A DNA stretch of 64,000 bases, taken from NCBI RefSeq assembly GCF_006345805.1, contig NC_043001.1, positions 10,044,001 to 10,108,000 of the forward strand, read 5' to 3'. The notes beneath the pieces are model-generated. The model made no database searches and was not told the DNA's origin. It saw only the letters and a program-made list of their open reading frames with translations. Positions 12,742-25,789 of the stretch are shown here, piece by piece (position 1 is the stretch's first letter; the number at the start of each line of letters is the position of its first letter). Source of the stretch: Octopus sinensis (Eukaryota). The position numbers and the translations under genes were made by a program.

Positions 12742-13110
12742 CTGTTGTGTCTGGGGAGAATCATTTTCTTTTTTGTGCTTATAATGTAACACACTCACCT
12801 GTAAAATTTCCTTTTATTTTCTATTTTTATTTACCTAAAATTTTCGTTGCATCTTGCAACCATTTCAATAGTCTTGACTGAAGACTATTCAGGAGAGTCA
12901 AGGCTAGGGAAAAGGTTACAAGAAGCAACGAAAATTTTAAGAAAATAGAAATAAAAAAATAAGTGGAAATTTTACCTGTGTGTGTGTTACATTATAAGGC
13001 ACAAAAAGAAAATGACTCTCCCCAGACACAACAGAATATGCTTCAACACATGAACTCATATAAAGAATCTTGCAAACCAAATCCAAAAACAAAATAAAAT
13101 ATGAAACAAT
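12742..13110. mobile_element. Fold-back element (head-to-head arms, right arm longer), probably derived from a Penelope pLTR
   Basis: 12742-12876 is the reverse complement of about 12897-13034; same family at 26676-26985; hammerhead-topology motif near the centre. Confidence 0.75.
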
Positions 13111-15558
13111 TTCCCAAATTATTTGTTCTGTTAGATAGTATTTATTCTTTGTTGATGGTATCTGAAGGTTGAGTAACACTAGTCACAGACACAAAGTTTT
13201 GTACACCATATTAAATTATAACTTCCAGCTATTTCTTAAACTTTTGTGTACTAACTTTAGAATACACTAAATACATGTATATTATAAGAATCAACTAAAA
13301 CGGTTTGGTACCTCGAAGTGGAGGAAACCATAAAACAGATTAAAAAGAAAACAAAGAAAAAATAGTCTAGCATGAGAAAGCAGAAGGAAAATGCTGATGA
13401 TGATACTTTGATAAAACCTCATAATATATTGCTAATTAATTTGGACAGTTAAGTTATTGGTGCAGATTTAAAGTTAGTAAAGAATTGGTGTGTGTGTGTG
13501 TGTGAGACATTGGGCAGCTTGCTGTTTTGTACTCAGTGCATATTGATATCGGCCCATTGGTCCATTCCTGTTCTTTATTGACAGTAATTCATAATATTTG
13601 TCTCTCCTTTGAACATTATTATGTTGCATATTAATGTTTTTTTATCTGAGTGTGATTTTTGTTTGTAATTTTAAAAAGAAAAAGATTTCAGCATTATCTT
13701 TAAAATTATTTTACAAATTCTTCTGTCTCTTCTGTGATTTTTTTTCAAGATCAAACCCATTCATTTTTGTTTCATTAAGTACTATTATAAATTATACTCC
13801 CTAATTCAAAAGATCATACGTCAAAGTTACACTAGTATTCTGTTTACCTTTTGAAATTATTTGTTAACCCTTTAATTACCTACAATTTTAGGCATCCCCC
13901 ACTTTATATTTTTAATGAAATTCTAAACTAATTTTGAATTTTAACTCGTTTCATAAAGCATCTATAATTGTGTTTACATAGTAAAGTGGTATTATGAAAA
14001 CAATAAAAACTTGTATAACTTTATTACAGAATTTGTTTCAAAACTACTATAATTACAGATAAGTATAGGTAAAATCTGAAATACATAGTTATTTATATTT
14101 GATTGAATATCTTCATATAAGTTAAAAGCCAATATTGTTTTTATAGATTATTAAGTGTCCATCATATTTATAGTAAATAAATCCTAATTTGTCCATTTTG
14201 TCCTCCAGTTACCTTTGTTTACATTTTTCTGTAGTGATTTGTCTCTGCTATTATTATATGGAACACTTGAATTGCCATTAACAAAATTTAATAGTCAGTA
14301 GATTTTGAATCATGGGAATGATTAGTCGGGTCTGATTTCTTCTTCAGATTATAGAAGAGAACTATTTTAAAAGGTTGCCCTCTCTCCATCTTATTACTGC
14401 TGTCTGTACATTGTTTATACACTCTGAATTTCAAATGTTTGGTTCAAAGTACAGGACTTCTTTTGCTTGATACTACTTTTTATCTGCTGCACTCAAAAAT
14501 CATTCAAATTCAGAGTTGCTTTTAGTAAATCTGAAGCTTATGTAATTTTGCATAAAAAAAAAGAAAAAGTATATAAAATCAAGTGGGGCAGGAATTTGGA
14601 AAAAATATCAAATATTTGGTAAACACAAATTTCGAGTATAAAAATATTTTAGTTGATATAACAAATGTTTATCGAATGAAATCACAATATCACTAATGCT
14701 ACGATGACATGTTTGATACTTTGATTTATATATGAAGTACAAACTACTGCAGAAGCTTTGGTATTCTATGATAATTGTATTGGATGAGTTTGTAATGAAA
14801 AGATTAATAGTTTAGCAGAGACGGTGCTTGTGGATTCTTTACAGATCTTCCATTGCTGTTGGGAGGGAGGGTTAAAGTTATGTTCAGACCTCAATGCTTG
14901 CAACAGATGGAGCACCCAAGAGCCAGGTGGTGTTGACATAGATTAAAGAGAATATTCCTCTAAAATATTTACTTAGAATTTGAATTATTGATTCTGTTCC
15001 CTCCAAAAGACAAACACACTACTGTGTTCAAATAATTTGGAGCATTTAAGATGAGATCTCTATGCATATTTCAAGATTTCTCTCTGCTTGAAATTATCAA
15101 GAAATGGGGAAACAAAAGCAATTTTATTTGTTAGCACACTTGCTGTTTGGATTTTCTATTAACATTTACTGATGGTAAGTCTTTGATATGCTATTTTCTT
15201 GAGCAGCTAGTTTTATTTATTGGGGCAAGGAGCAAAATAACTTTGTATTACAAATGAAGAATATATGAGCGAGAGGTATTAAAATTTCTGTGTCCATAAT
15301 GCATCTGCTCCTTTCAATAAGTTCATTACAATAAGCTCAAAGCTTCAGATATTTGTAGTAATTGCGTATCTTTGTTCTCCAATGTTATCTGAGCAGTATA
15401 CAAAGATAAACATATTTAATTGGGATAGAAGATGTTTTATTTGCACCCTTCATTTAAGTACATATATACAACTATTAATAATGATTATATTGACATGTAG
15501 GTATGTAGCAAAAAATGTCTCTATATATAGTGTCCCTAAAGATAACCCTTTCATTGAA

Positions 15559-15790
15559 TTAACCCTTAAGCATTCAGACTATTCATTCAGTAGTAGCATT
15601 TATTTATTCACATTGATTTTTTTTTAAAAATTGTCCATTATCTCATAGCTCCGAGATTTCGATGAGGTGCTTATTTATTTTGAGAATGACATTGTAGGGT
15701 AGGTGTGAAAAGCCAGATCTGGCCAGTTTGCACATTAAGCAGGTAGAATCTTTCGGCTGGGTATGACCAGCGTAAATGGCAATGCGTTGA
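15559..15790. mobile_element. piggyBac-type MITE, decayed
   Basis: Starts TTAACCCTTAAGCATT and ends in a degenerate inverted terminus AAATGGCAATGCGTTGA. Confidence 0.55.
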
Positions 15791-16449
15791 TGAACTAAAT
15801 AGCCTGTTAGTTCAGTCACATATTCTGAAGAAAATGAAGTAAAAAGCTGTGAGAGTAGTCTAATAAGAATTGTTCTTTGGTACACCATTGTTTTGAACAG
15901 ACTGTTGAGAAATTGTCGCTTAAGCTGCTGAATACTGCAGCCAAAAGTCTACCAAATTGTTCCTTAAGCAGCAATTACTTAGAATGTTATGACATTACTG
16001 TAATCACAAAATATAAACTGTGTAATCATTATATCCTTGTAGCTTCTGAATCCCTTTAAGATTTGGAAGTCCCTTTACGATGCTGTTAGTACTATTCACT
16101 GTTCCTGTGAGGATTAGCATGATTTAGCTGTATTGGCTGAATGAGAGGTGTGCGAGATTGATTTGTAGTAATAGCAGTCATAAGAATTACTAAAAAGGGA
16201 TCACATGATGGAGTGGTGACTCTTCAAGAGATGGAGAAGATTATACCATGATTAGCAGATGTGCTTAGGAAGGATATTTAGAAGCTATTTATTCAACTGT
16301 AACTAACTAAGATTTTTCTTTCTCATTTAATCTAGGTTGTGTTTCTACCAGCATGAATTAGATAATGTGCATCTGCAGGAAATTTCATTTCTGTTGTTGT
16401 TGTTGTTGTTGTTGTAATGAACGGTTTGTCCAACCTCATAAAAATGGCT

Positions 16450-17000
16450 TACTGCTGCTCTGTCCTGCCAAGTAATTTCTCAGTTGGAGATATTTTGCTT
16501 TGCACCAGATGCCTCTACAAAGCCTGAATTGAACCTTCATAAAATACTCATTAGACTTTCTAATTGATAGAGTAACCCTTTCATGCAGACTTAATCGCTT
16601 GTGTATCTTTCTGCTGCACAATTACATTTTACTATGGGCAAATTTTCTTGCAACCAAGTCAGTTTAACCAGTCACTTAATAGAATAAATTCTGCTCCATT
16701 ACATGAAAACATGATCATTGGAACACCAAGTCTAGAGAAAATGGAATATAGGTATCCTTTTATGTGTCCTGAGATTCTGTTGTGGTAGAAACAAGATTCA
16801 GTCCAAGTGGTGCATGAGTTAACCCTGAAGCCACTTTTATATTGCACTAAGAGCCTTGACGTGGGTCTGACTAAAGCTTTAGCACTTAAGGTCAGAGGAT
16901 AATCTAGTTTTCATGGCACAAAGATTACAACGCTTCACATGGAATGGGATGCTAGCTTTTCAAAGGATTGCTTTTACTGCTATTGCTGGAAAAATCACAG
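16450..17000 (-). pseudogene. Highly decayed non-LTR (RTE-like) reverse transcriptase fragment
   Basis: Weak minus-strand resemblance to the AFD...VRVN...TTG...YLFSIF region; many stops and frameshifts. Confidence 0.35.
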
Positions 17001-17235
17001 TTGAATGTATTAGAACATGGCATACTATACTGTATGGGGGCCTGCACTGTAACAGCACAACACTGCATCCACTACTCCTGGTGGATGACACCTTTGCATG
17101 ACATGAGCAACAACCCTCCAATCCATGGGTCTGATTGGTTAGGGTTTCATGAGGTTAGAGGGCAGATCTTACATCAGCTTCTTTTAGTTGCCTTTTATGA
17201 TACTCAGAGAAAATGTTGGATCTATTCTTTGATAA

Positions 17236-17608
17236 ACTGTATGGTAAGTAGCTTGCTTATCAACTGCATGGGTCTGGGTTCAGTCCTACCGCATGGCACC
17301 TTGGGCAAGTGTCTTCCACTATAGCCTTGTGAGTGGATTTGATAGAGGGAAACTGAAAGAAGCCCATCATTATATATATGTGTGTGTATATGTTTGTGTA
17401 TCTGTGTTTGTCCTTCTCCCCTACCATCACTTGGCAACTGATATTGATGTGTTTATGTCCCCATGACTTTGCGGTTCACCGAAAAAACGACCGATAGAAT
17501 AAATACCAAGTTTACAAAGAATAACGCCTGGAGTCGATTTGTTCGACTAAAGGTGGTGCTCCAGCATGACCACAGTCAAATGACTGAAACAAATAAAAGA
17601 ATAAAAGA
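17236..17608 (+). mobile_element. SINE family B, diverged
   Basis: GGTTCAGTCC, CCTTGGGCAAGTGTCTTC, internal TA/TG tract, GGTGCTCCAGCATG...TGACTGAAACA tail. Confidence 0.88.
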
Positions 17609-18408
17609 ATGCTAATCAACACACAGCACACGAACGTGACATAATTGTAAAGAAATTCAGGGTTGCCAATCCTCAAAAAAAAAGGCTGTGCAAAGAAGTT
17701 TGCATTGAAGAGTTGGACTCCCACCAACCACAAAGTTTAATGAGCATCAGGTAAAAGTTTCTTTTCTACTATTGTAATCCATCAAACTGAGAAATTATAG
17801 GCAGACAATTAAGAATCAGTCTTTTTTAATGCCGTCTCGATTGTTTACACAGCTCTTTCTACTGCACAATTAGATTTCGGTCTGTAGGTAGAACTTGCAC
17901 TTACAGCCAAGGTAGTTTAATCAGTTCTTTAATGGAATTAACTCTGGTCCATTGTCTGATCTTATTTCCGTCGCCACTTGTTATGTTTACAATAATTAAA
18001 TTAAAGAAGCGAGTGCGTTGTAGTCCGCAGCTATAAGTTTTCAGGTGGCTGTTATAGCTGTTCATGGTAAACCAGTTTTACACAGGCAGTGCAGAAAAAA
18101 ACTGCTTCCTAATAGAAAACTACATGCATAGTTTGTTCAGCCTCTTGTTTATTCCTTTATGTCCAGTTTCCCTTACTTGGATAGGCTGGATGAAGATAAG
18201 GTAACATTTTACAAATGGTTGCCCTTTATGTTGTCCACTCTAACTGGTTTTTCAAGTAAGGGATTTTTATTTTACTGGTCTTCAAGAGTACAGAGCTGAT
18301 TGTTGTAATATTATCAAAGCATGTTAACATCATATTGTTGTTTTGCCCAAGAAGCTCGGATGCCAGTCATCAAATTTGATTTCGATATATATATATATAT
18401 ATATATAT

Positions 18409-18605
18409 AGTTGGAATTTACAAAAGAGCAAAGAAAAGAAAAGCCGAAGACGAGTGTGTAAACAACAAACAGGTGTATTAGTTTAACGGTCAGGAAGTGA
18501 GAAAGTCTTTTATTGTTTCGAGCCTACGCTCTTCAGCAGAAAGGAACACAGAAATAAACAGAGAGAGAAAATAAAAAAAAAGGTTTAGTGGCTAGCGATC
18601 AATCA
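18409..18605 (-). mobile_element. Short element inserted in (TA)n, carrying a hammerhead-like motif; pLTR-like
   Basis: Bounded by (TA)n on both sides; homologous to 63631-63820. Confidence 0.65.
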
Positions 18606-19196
18606 TATATATAGAGCAGTTTACCTGGTTTCTGTGATTAGATGGCTGCAAAGGTATTATTGATTATAACAAACAGGTACTTTTCAAGTACTTACTTTAT
18701 GTTCTTAGGAAGAAATGTCAAGTTGACCTGTGGAATTAAATACTAAAGCAATGTGATTGTGAAAAGAAACTACACGATCATGTCTGTGCATTTATATATG
18801 ATTTATATATGTATATATATATATATTTTATATGTAGTCATTTGGATATAGAAATGAGAGAAAAAATATAGAATGCAAGTAAGAGTTCGTTTATTTCTTC
18901 AAAGCTGATAGTTTACTCCGTTGCTACTCAGAATTTCTCATCAGAGACTATCCTTCAGGCAACAAGAAAAAGTATAATTTCCAAATATCTTTTTTTTGCC
19001 TGAAGGATTGCATACTTTTTTAAGATTCTCTTTTGTTTTTCCATGGTATTTATGGTTTAGTCAGGGAAAGAAGGCAGGGCCTGTGAACTTTATACTTTTT
19101 CAGGGCATTCTGAGAGAAGCAGGAAGAAAGAATGAAGTAATCCTGAAACCAGAGCACGGTCTTGCAGCTGAGTGAATGCTGATGTTAGATGAGGAT

Positions 19197-19516
19197 ATGT
19201 GTATATAGGTACATCTTGTATATACATACATACATGCATGTGTATGTGTGTGTGTGTGTGTATATATATGTGTGTGTGTGTATGTATATGTGTATATATA
19301 TATGTGTGTGTGTATATATATATATATGTATGTGTGTATGTATATATATATATATATATGTGTATGTGTGTATATGTGTATATATATATGTATGTGTGTG
19401 TATGTGTATATATATATATGTATGTATGTATATATATGTATATATGTGTCTATATATATATATATGTGGGTGTGTATGTATATGTATGTATGTATATATG
19501 TATGTGTTTATATATG

Positions 19517-19547
<31 letters not shown>

Positions 19548-19571
19548 GTGTGTGTGTGTGTTTGTGTATAT
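19197..19571. repeat. Compound (TG)n/(TA)n microsatellite of about 370 bp
   Basis: Seen directly. Confidence 0.97.
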
Positions 19572-21240
19572 AAAAATCGGATCGCAATGGTATTGTTTTA
19601 CTACTAATTAGATTCGCTAATAACAGTAAAAACAGCTCATCATAAATTGCTAGGATGAGCTTGCAAGAGGGAAATGGCAGTACCACTGTAGTAATCACCT
19701 TTATATTGTCTTACAGAAATACCTTTCCTTCGGATTTTGAGTTCCGTTAAGAACTATAGTTATTCTTCTTATAAACCAGTGTGTATATGTAATACATGCT
19801 GTAGTTTTTTTTTATTCATTTGGAGGAAAACTAAACCAAGAGCCAATTTTATAGCCAAACTATAAACATGTTGAAGAATAGTAACTGTTGTATTTCTTTT
19901 TGTTCTCTCTTACTAATTTTCTTGATAAATTATCAACTCATTGACTATAATCATATGTGGCAGCTAAATGTTGAATTTATTCCTAACATATGTTCATTCT
20001 GCTGCTCTATTTTATTGTTTTTAAAGTAGAAAAATAAATACACTGCATTTGAACAGTAAAAGTTTTAGAATATTGCAAACCATTCCATTATATCATCCTG
20101 TTTCCTCCTAATTCTTTCTTTCTTTCTTTTTTTTTTTTTTTTGTTTTTTGAGTATATAATGCTCAGCTACTGACTGATTATTTTCAAATAGTAAAGTTTC
20201 TATGACAACAGATTGGCAAACTATTTCCTGACTCTATTTTTTTTCTCTCTTATCTTTTAGATAAATGTTTTTGCTATCATAATTACATTTTACTGACCAA
20301 GAAAATTCTATTTTGGCAAATCAATGTATGTATTATGGGGAAAAAACAAAGCCAAACAAAAAAAAACAAACATTTTAAAAACTATAAAATTGTGAAAAAT
20401 GGTTTTTGGGATATCTTTCCCAGATGCTTTATTTAATTTTTTTTCCTGTGTAGTTTATTTACTACCTACAGGAAATTTTAAAGAATCGTGAAAAATACCA
20501 TTTATTTGAAATTCTTAGACTTATTTTACCTTTTTTTTTTTCCAATAACATCTTGCAACACTTATTCCTGTTCATACATCAATAGTCATTTTCCTATCCT
20601 CATATATATTGTTTTCAAATATTTTTTATGTTAACTAGAAGTAAATTTACAAATCAAAGCTGCGTTATAAAATTAATGCTATCCATTGAAAAAGAATTTA
20701 TTGTTTTAAGAAAATGAAAATTTTTAAAGCAATATTTAATTTCTAAAGCAGAATCCAACTGCCATTTTGTTGGTTGTAATATTTTCTTTGTGCATCCAGC
20801 AAAATTCATTCAGTAGAAAACCTGATGTTATTAATTTCTGCTGCTTTAAATGTTTGAACATATCTCATGGAGAGACAGTCTTGGAGGTTTTTCTGATTTT
20901 CAGTCGTCTTTGAGACTGTCCTGGAGTGGATTTCAATTGGTGATTCCAGTTCCATAGCAGGACACTGAAAGCTAATGAAATACTCATTAATTATATTGTT
21001 TCATTTGCTTCTACATTGAGCTACCCTTAATTTATTATACTTGTTTACAATTTGTAAGATTAAACCGTCATTGGATTTCTCTGATTTGATGTTGTTGCTC
21101 CTTTTACTGTTTATTACATTGCACTAATAAGTCACGATCACCCTCACAATTAGTCTCATCATCACTATCGTATGCTCCACTGTTGTCACCCATTATCTTG
21201 TGCTGAAATCACAATGAACACCTTATTCAGTGTTTTACTT

Positions 21241-21672
21241 ATCATCATCATCATCATTTAACGTCCGCTTTCAATGCTAGCATGGGTTAGATGATTTGAC
21301 TGAGGACTGGCGAACCAGATGGCTCCACTAGGTTCCAATCTGATCTGGCAGAGTTTCTACAGCTGGATGCCCTTTCTAACTCCAACCACTCTGAGAGTGT
21401 AGTGAGTGCTTTTACATGCCACCGGCACGAGGGCCAGTCGGGCAGTACTGGCAGCGGCCATGCTAAAATGATGTTTAATTATGTGCCAGCGGCACTGGTA
21501 ACGACCTCACTCAAATGTTTTTTCACGTTCCACTGGCACAAGTGTCAGTAAAGCAACGCTGGTAATGATCACACTCAAATGGTGCTTTTTACGTGCCACC
21601 AGCACGAAAACCAGTCAGCTGCTCTGGCAATGATCATGCCCGGATGGTGCTCTTAATGCTCCACTAGCACAG
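21241..21672 (-). mobile_element. Family C SINE
   Basis: (ATC)n, then TTTAACGTCCGCTTT...CTACAGCTGGATGCCCTT...CCAACCAC and repeated GCTTTTACRTGCCACC modules. Confidence 0.85.
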
Positions 21673-22321
21673 AATTAAATTACAGCATTTTTGTGTTAAT
21701 TTTTTTTTCTTTCACCAAGATTTGAGAAAATTAACTCCCATCAGGTTTTCTCTTTGCACATATCTTATAATCATATTACATATTCATATTGGCAGTTTTG
21801 CCTCTACAACTTTACTCTGGCCATTAATTCTGATGTCCAGTCATCTTCTTGGTTTACTTTCTTGTATAGACCAAACTAAAAACCAGTTTTTCAAATTTCA
21901 CAAATTACATTTATACTTCCTGGAAATCTCATGGACATATTGGAAGTTCAGCGCAGAAAACTTTTTCCTTGCCAGTTTTTCTTCAACCAGGAGAACTGAA
22001 TTGTGGGAATAAACTCTCTTCTTCCCATTGTTTCTTTGCAGAATACAATGTTGATCTCTTTAAATTCGAGATTAACACATACTTTACTTAATGTAGGTGG
22101 TTTCCTACATTTCAATATTTTTATTACTCTTTTATTACTGTCTCATTTTATTTAATTTTATTGGCTCCTTTATTGTCATCTCATTTACTCCGTTTTATTG
22201 TCATCAGTTCTTTTATCACTATCTCAATGTATTTCATTGAAATCTTTTCCCAATTATTTTATTGCTGTCTTTTCTTTGCCATCTAACATATTGCTCCTGC
22301 ATGTGTGTGTGTGTGTATGTC

Positions 22322-22358
<37 letters not shown>

Positions 22359-22536
22359 CAACAATCAAGGAACGGCCATAATAGGCCATTCACCCACTAG
22401 AAATAACAGCCAAAGCTTCAACCGCAAATAAAAATCAATTCCGTAAACCAGGAGAAAATTTAAAAAACATTTACCCTGTAATTTCTTATATGATGCACCG
22501 TTTCATCTGCTTTATATATATATATATATATATATG

Positions 22537-23270
22537 AAAAAACAAATAAAAAATAGAAAATGCTAAAATAATTTTATAGTGAACATTTCAGTACCGGTTT
22601 CGGTCATTTTGAGACCTTTTCAACTGTAACGATTAAATAATTAAATTTAGAAAAATTAGAAGAAAAGTTTTTTTAAAAGAATATTTCTATAGTAGTGTTC
22701 AGATTTAAGTGGCATTCTGCCTTCTCTGACTCCCTTGTTTGCACTTGTGTGTTCCAGGTAGTTGTGAGTTCTTGGTAGGGTAGTAGAGGGAAGGCTGGTG
22801 AGGAAAGGGGGGTGGGAGAATCTGGGAGTGCCCTGATGGTCGTATTTTGAATGGTCAGTGGCGGCTGGCAGTCTCAGTTCAATTCAGGAGAATATTTATA
22901 TTGACAGGCTTGTTTATAGAATTAGCGTAGGTGTTATACTAAAAAACATTAGTGACAAACTTAAGGGGTAGGGGATGGAGAAGAAGAAGAAGAAGGAGAA
23001 GGAGAAGGAGAAGATGAGGATGATGGTGATGGTGGTGATGATTATGACGACGATGATGATGATAACGATGATGATGAAGAAGAAGAAGAAGGAGGAGAAG
23101 GAGAAGATGGTGGTGATGATGGTGGCGATGATGATGATAACAATGATGATGAAGAAGAAGAGGAAGAAGAAGAAGAAGAAAAAAACAGAGAAGGGAGAAT
23201 ATGAATGGGTGTAAATATAGCTATGAAGGGGCTGATTAGTAATGGATTCTATGGAGTGTAGTATTTGTGT
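22537..23270 (-). mobile_element. Penelope-like remnant between (TA)n tracts, with a hammerhead-like motif at 22589-22626
   Basis: (TA)n on both sides; the minus strand reads CAG TTGAAAA GGTC TCAAAAT GACC GAAA CCGGTA CTG. Confidence 0.5.
22975..23190. repeat. Low-complexity (GAA)/(GAT)/(GGT) trinucleotide tract with an internal duplication
   Basis: Seen directly. Confidence 0.95.
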
Positions 23271-25789
23271 GTGTATATATATATATATATTTTTTTTTTC
23301 TTTTATTCTATATATATATATATACATATATATATAAAATTTCTGTGCCTATCCCTTTTTCTCCTAACCCTTTGCCTAGAAGTAGCTTATGGGCCTTGTT
23401 TAGGGTTATTTTGAGTACTGAAAGAAAAACAAAATAAGCAACTGTAATACAAATCATTTCTTGCTTGTGGCAATTATTATGGAAACCTCTTCTACCAACA
23501 ACTTAATTGAATCTTAGCTTTAATGGAAAATCTGGTTTTATTTCTTGCTTTTATGTTTCACGATATCAACAACTCAAAAGCTTGTCAAGCATTCCACTCT
23601 TCGCATTATGTCTGACATTTACCATTTCATAATGTTTTGATTCTGTATAATCCACCCAAAGATTTTTCCTGCACCTGATCTGTACCTGTTGTTTACACTT
23701 TGTATAACTTCCGAAAAGCCAGGATAGATGATATTTTTTTAATATCATTTTGGGCTTCCTTACTTAACTACGTTTGTATCAGAGCAGTCATAACCTTATC
23801 TGTAAGTAATCACAAATTACTGGAGTCTTAATTAAAATTAGTAATTTATCAGAATGAATGCAGAATTTATTTGAAAAATTTGTCGCTGTTACATTATTTT
23901 GAAATTGTTCTTTACAAAAATTTAATCAAAATTACATATAATTTTCCCATATGCATTTCAAGATCTATTCTTCAATCAAAATTGGTTACAGCACCATCAT
24001 CTTCCAAATTACATTTTATGTTAGAATTTGGTGTCCATGGCCTTGTCGAAATCTGAACTCTCAGTTCTTCATCATAGAGGAGTCAGTATCTTATTCACTT
24101 AGACATTTCTTACTATGTTACTTAGTTGTCTGGTCATTTTAATAGGGTGACAAAATTCAATAATAAGAACAACCAGAAGTTACTTTTCAATGTAAAATGT
24201 CATGTAAGTAAAAGAAGGAAAAAAATCCACTTGGATTGTTATCTTGAAATCACATTAACAATATCTATTTTAGCTAAAAGCATTTCAGAAAAAGCAACAT
24301 TACTTCTAAAGGGAAAAGGAGTTGGAAGGTAAATGCTGCATGTATATTTTAAGTCTTTGGACAATGTTGTTTTATTTTATTATGCAATACAAATATGTGC
24401 CTACAGAGATCACTTTAAAATGTTCTGTTATTTTGGGGACTATGCATTCCAGTTTATCCATATTTGTCTGTTTCTTTTTTTATTTTCTTAAATTTGGGCA
24501 TAGAATTTTTATCTCCATATTCTTTATTTAGAATATTCACTTGCAATTGCAGATGAGAGATTTTCAATGACAAAATTTCGTGCCTGATATTTTTTGTTTA
24601 TAAAAAGACAAAAATGTCACGCTGATTTCATTAATTGTACAAGTACTAATTGTTTCATGTGTGTGCGTTCACACACATGTGCACACACACATACTAATAT
24701 ATAATGCACAAGCATGCAAATCAAGCAACACCATCAATTAATGGGAAATGTTAATACTTTCGTGTTTCCCCAATTTTCATGAATGTCAATCAGAACTTGT
24801 GATGTTACATTGGGTTACACAAAGGTTCTCAGTACCCAGGAGCAAAGGCACATGTGGCACACCCATCTTAATTAGCAAGCATGATAGGCCAGAGGGGATA
24901 TTTCACTTCTTTACATTGAGGGACCACCGAATCCCTCTTTGAATGTCACACTACTGCAAAAAAAAAAAACGAAGATAGATTAAAAATAAATGACCTTTGA
25001 CATACAACAAAATCATTTAGTTTTCTTCTGCTAATTATTGTACTTTTTTTTGTATTTTCAATTTTGGGGAATATATGACAAAATTTATGAAAATATGACC
25101 GCACTTACTACTATAAAAAGATAATTAGAGCTGAAACAAAATTAGAAGTAAATTAAGATATAATCTTTTTTCTCTGTGACATAATCCATATCACTAGCTC
25201 CAGACCTTTTGTGTCTCAGAGCACCATTGTTTAACCAAACAGCATTTTCAAACACCCACTCATGTTTTACATACACAAAAGATGAAGAAAAAAAATCTTA
25301 TTTTAATAAAACAGTAGCTTAGTTTGTGCTGTGTTTTTTTTTATCCATTTTGTTCTTTTACTATCCTATTCAGAATGTACTCTTTTTTCTTAAAAAAAAT
25401 ACTTATGAGGACCAGAACCACTTGTGTTAACGTTTTTATTGAAATTATTAAAGAAGGCAAAAGCTTATATAAAATAAAATTTCATTTGTTTCCTTACATG
25501 TCTTCCATGCTGGTAAGGCCTGAATAAATACTTATTTCTGGCAGAATTTCATGACTTGGTTTCCCTTTTGCAAAACCTTAACTATTCTTTAAATAAAGAG
25601 TTACTCATCCAATGTTTGAATGCACAGAGCAAGTCATATTGTTAATAATAGAAACATAATACCATTTTGTTAAGATGGTGACCAGTGAAGTTAAAGAATG
25701 TTGATGCATATATGTACAAGCACATGTGCACACTTGTACATGCACACACATGTATATATACACACTCATTCAGAGATAGAGAAAGGACA

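Noticed and set aside
12872-12904. CTGAAGA inside the central hairpin of the fold-back element
   Set aside because: There is no stem II followed by GAAA in the right geometry, so it is not a hammerhead.
19185-19698. Long ORFs (116-140 aa) on both strands
   Set aside because: They are translations of a TG/TA microsatellite.
20235-20300. Strong polypyrimidine tract plus AG acceptor, with similar sites at about 16335 and 39470
   Set aside because: No open frame or donor follows; such sites are expected by chance in T-rich DNA.
22914-23327. Poly-K/M and poly-F/I ORFs
   Set aside because: They are translations of trinucleotide low-complexity DNA.
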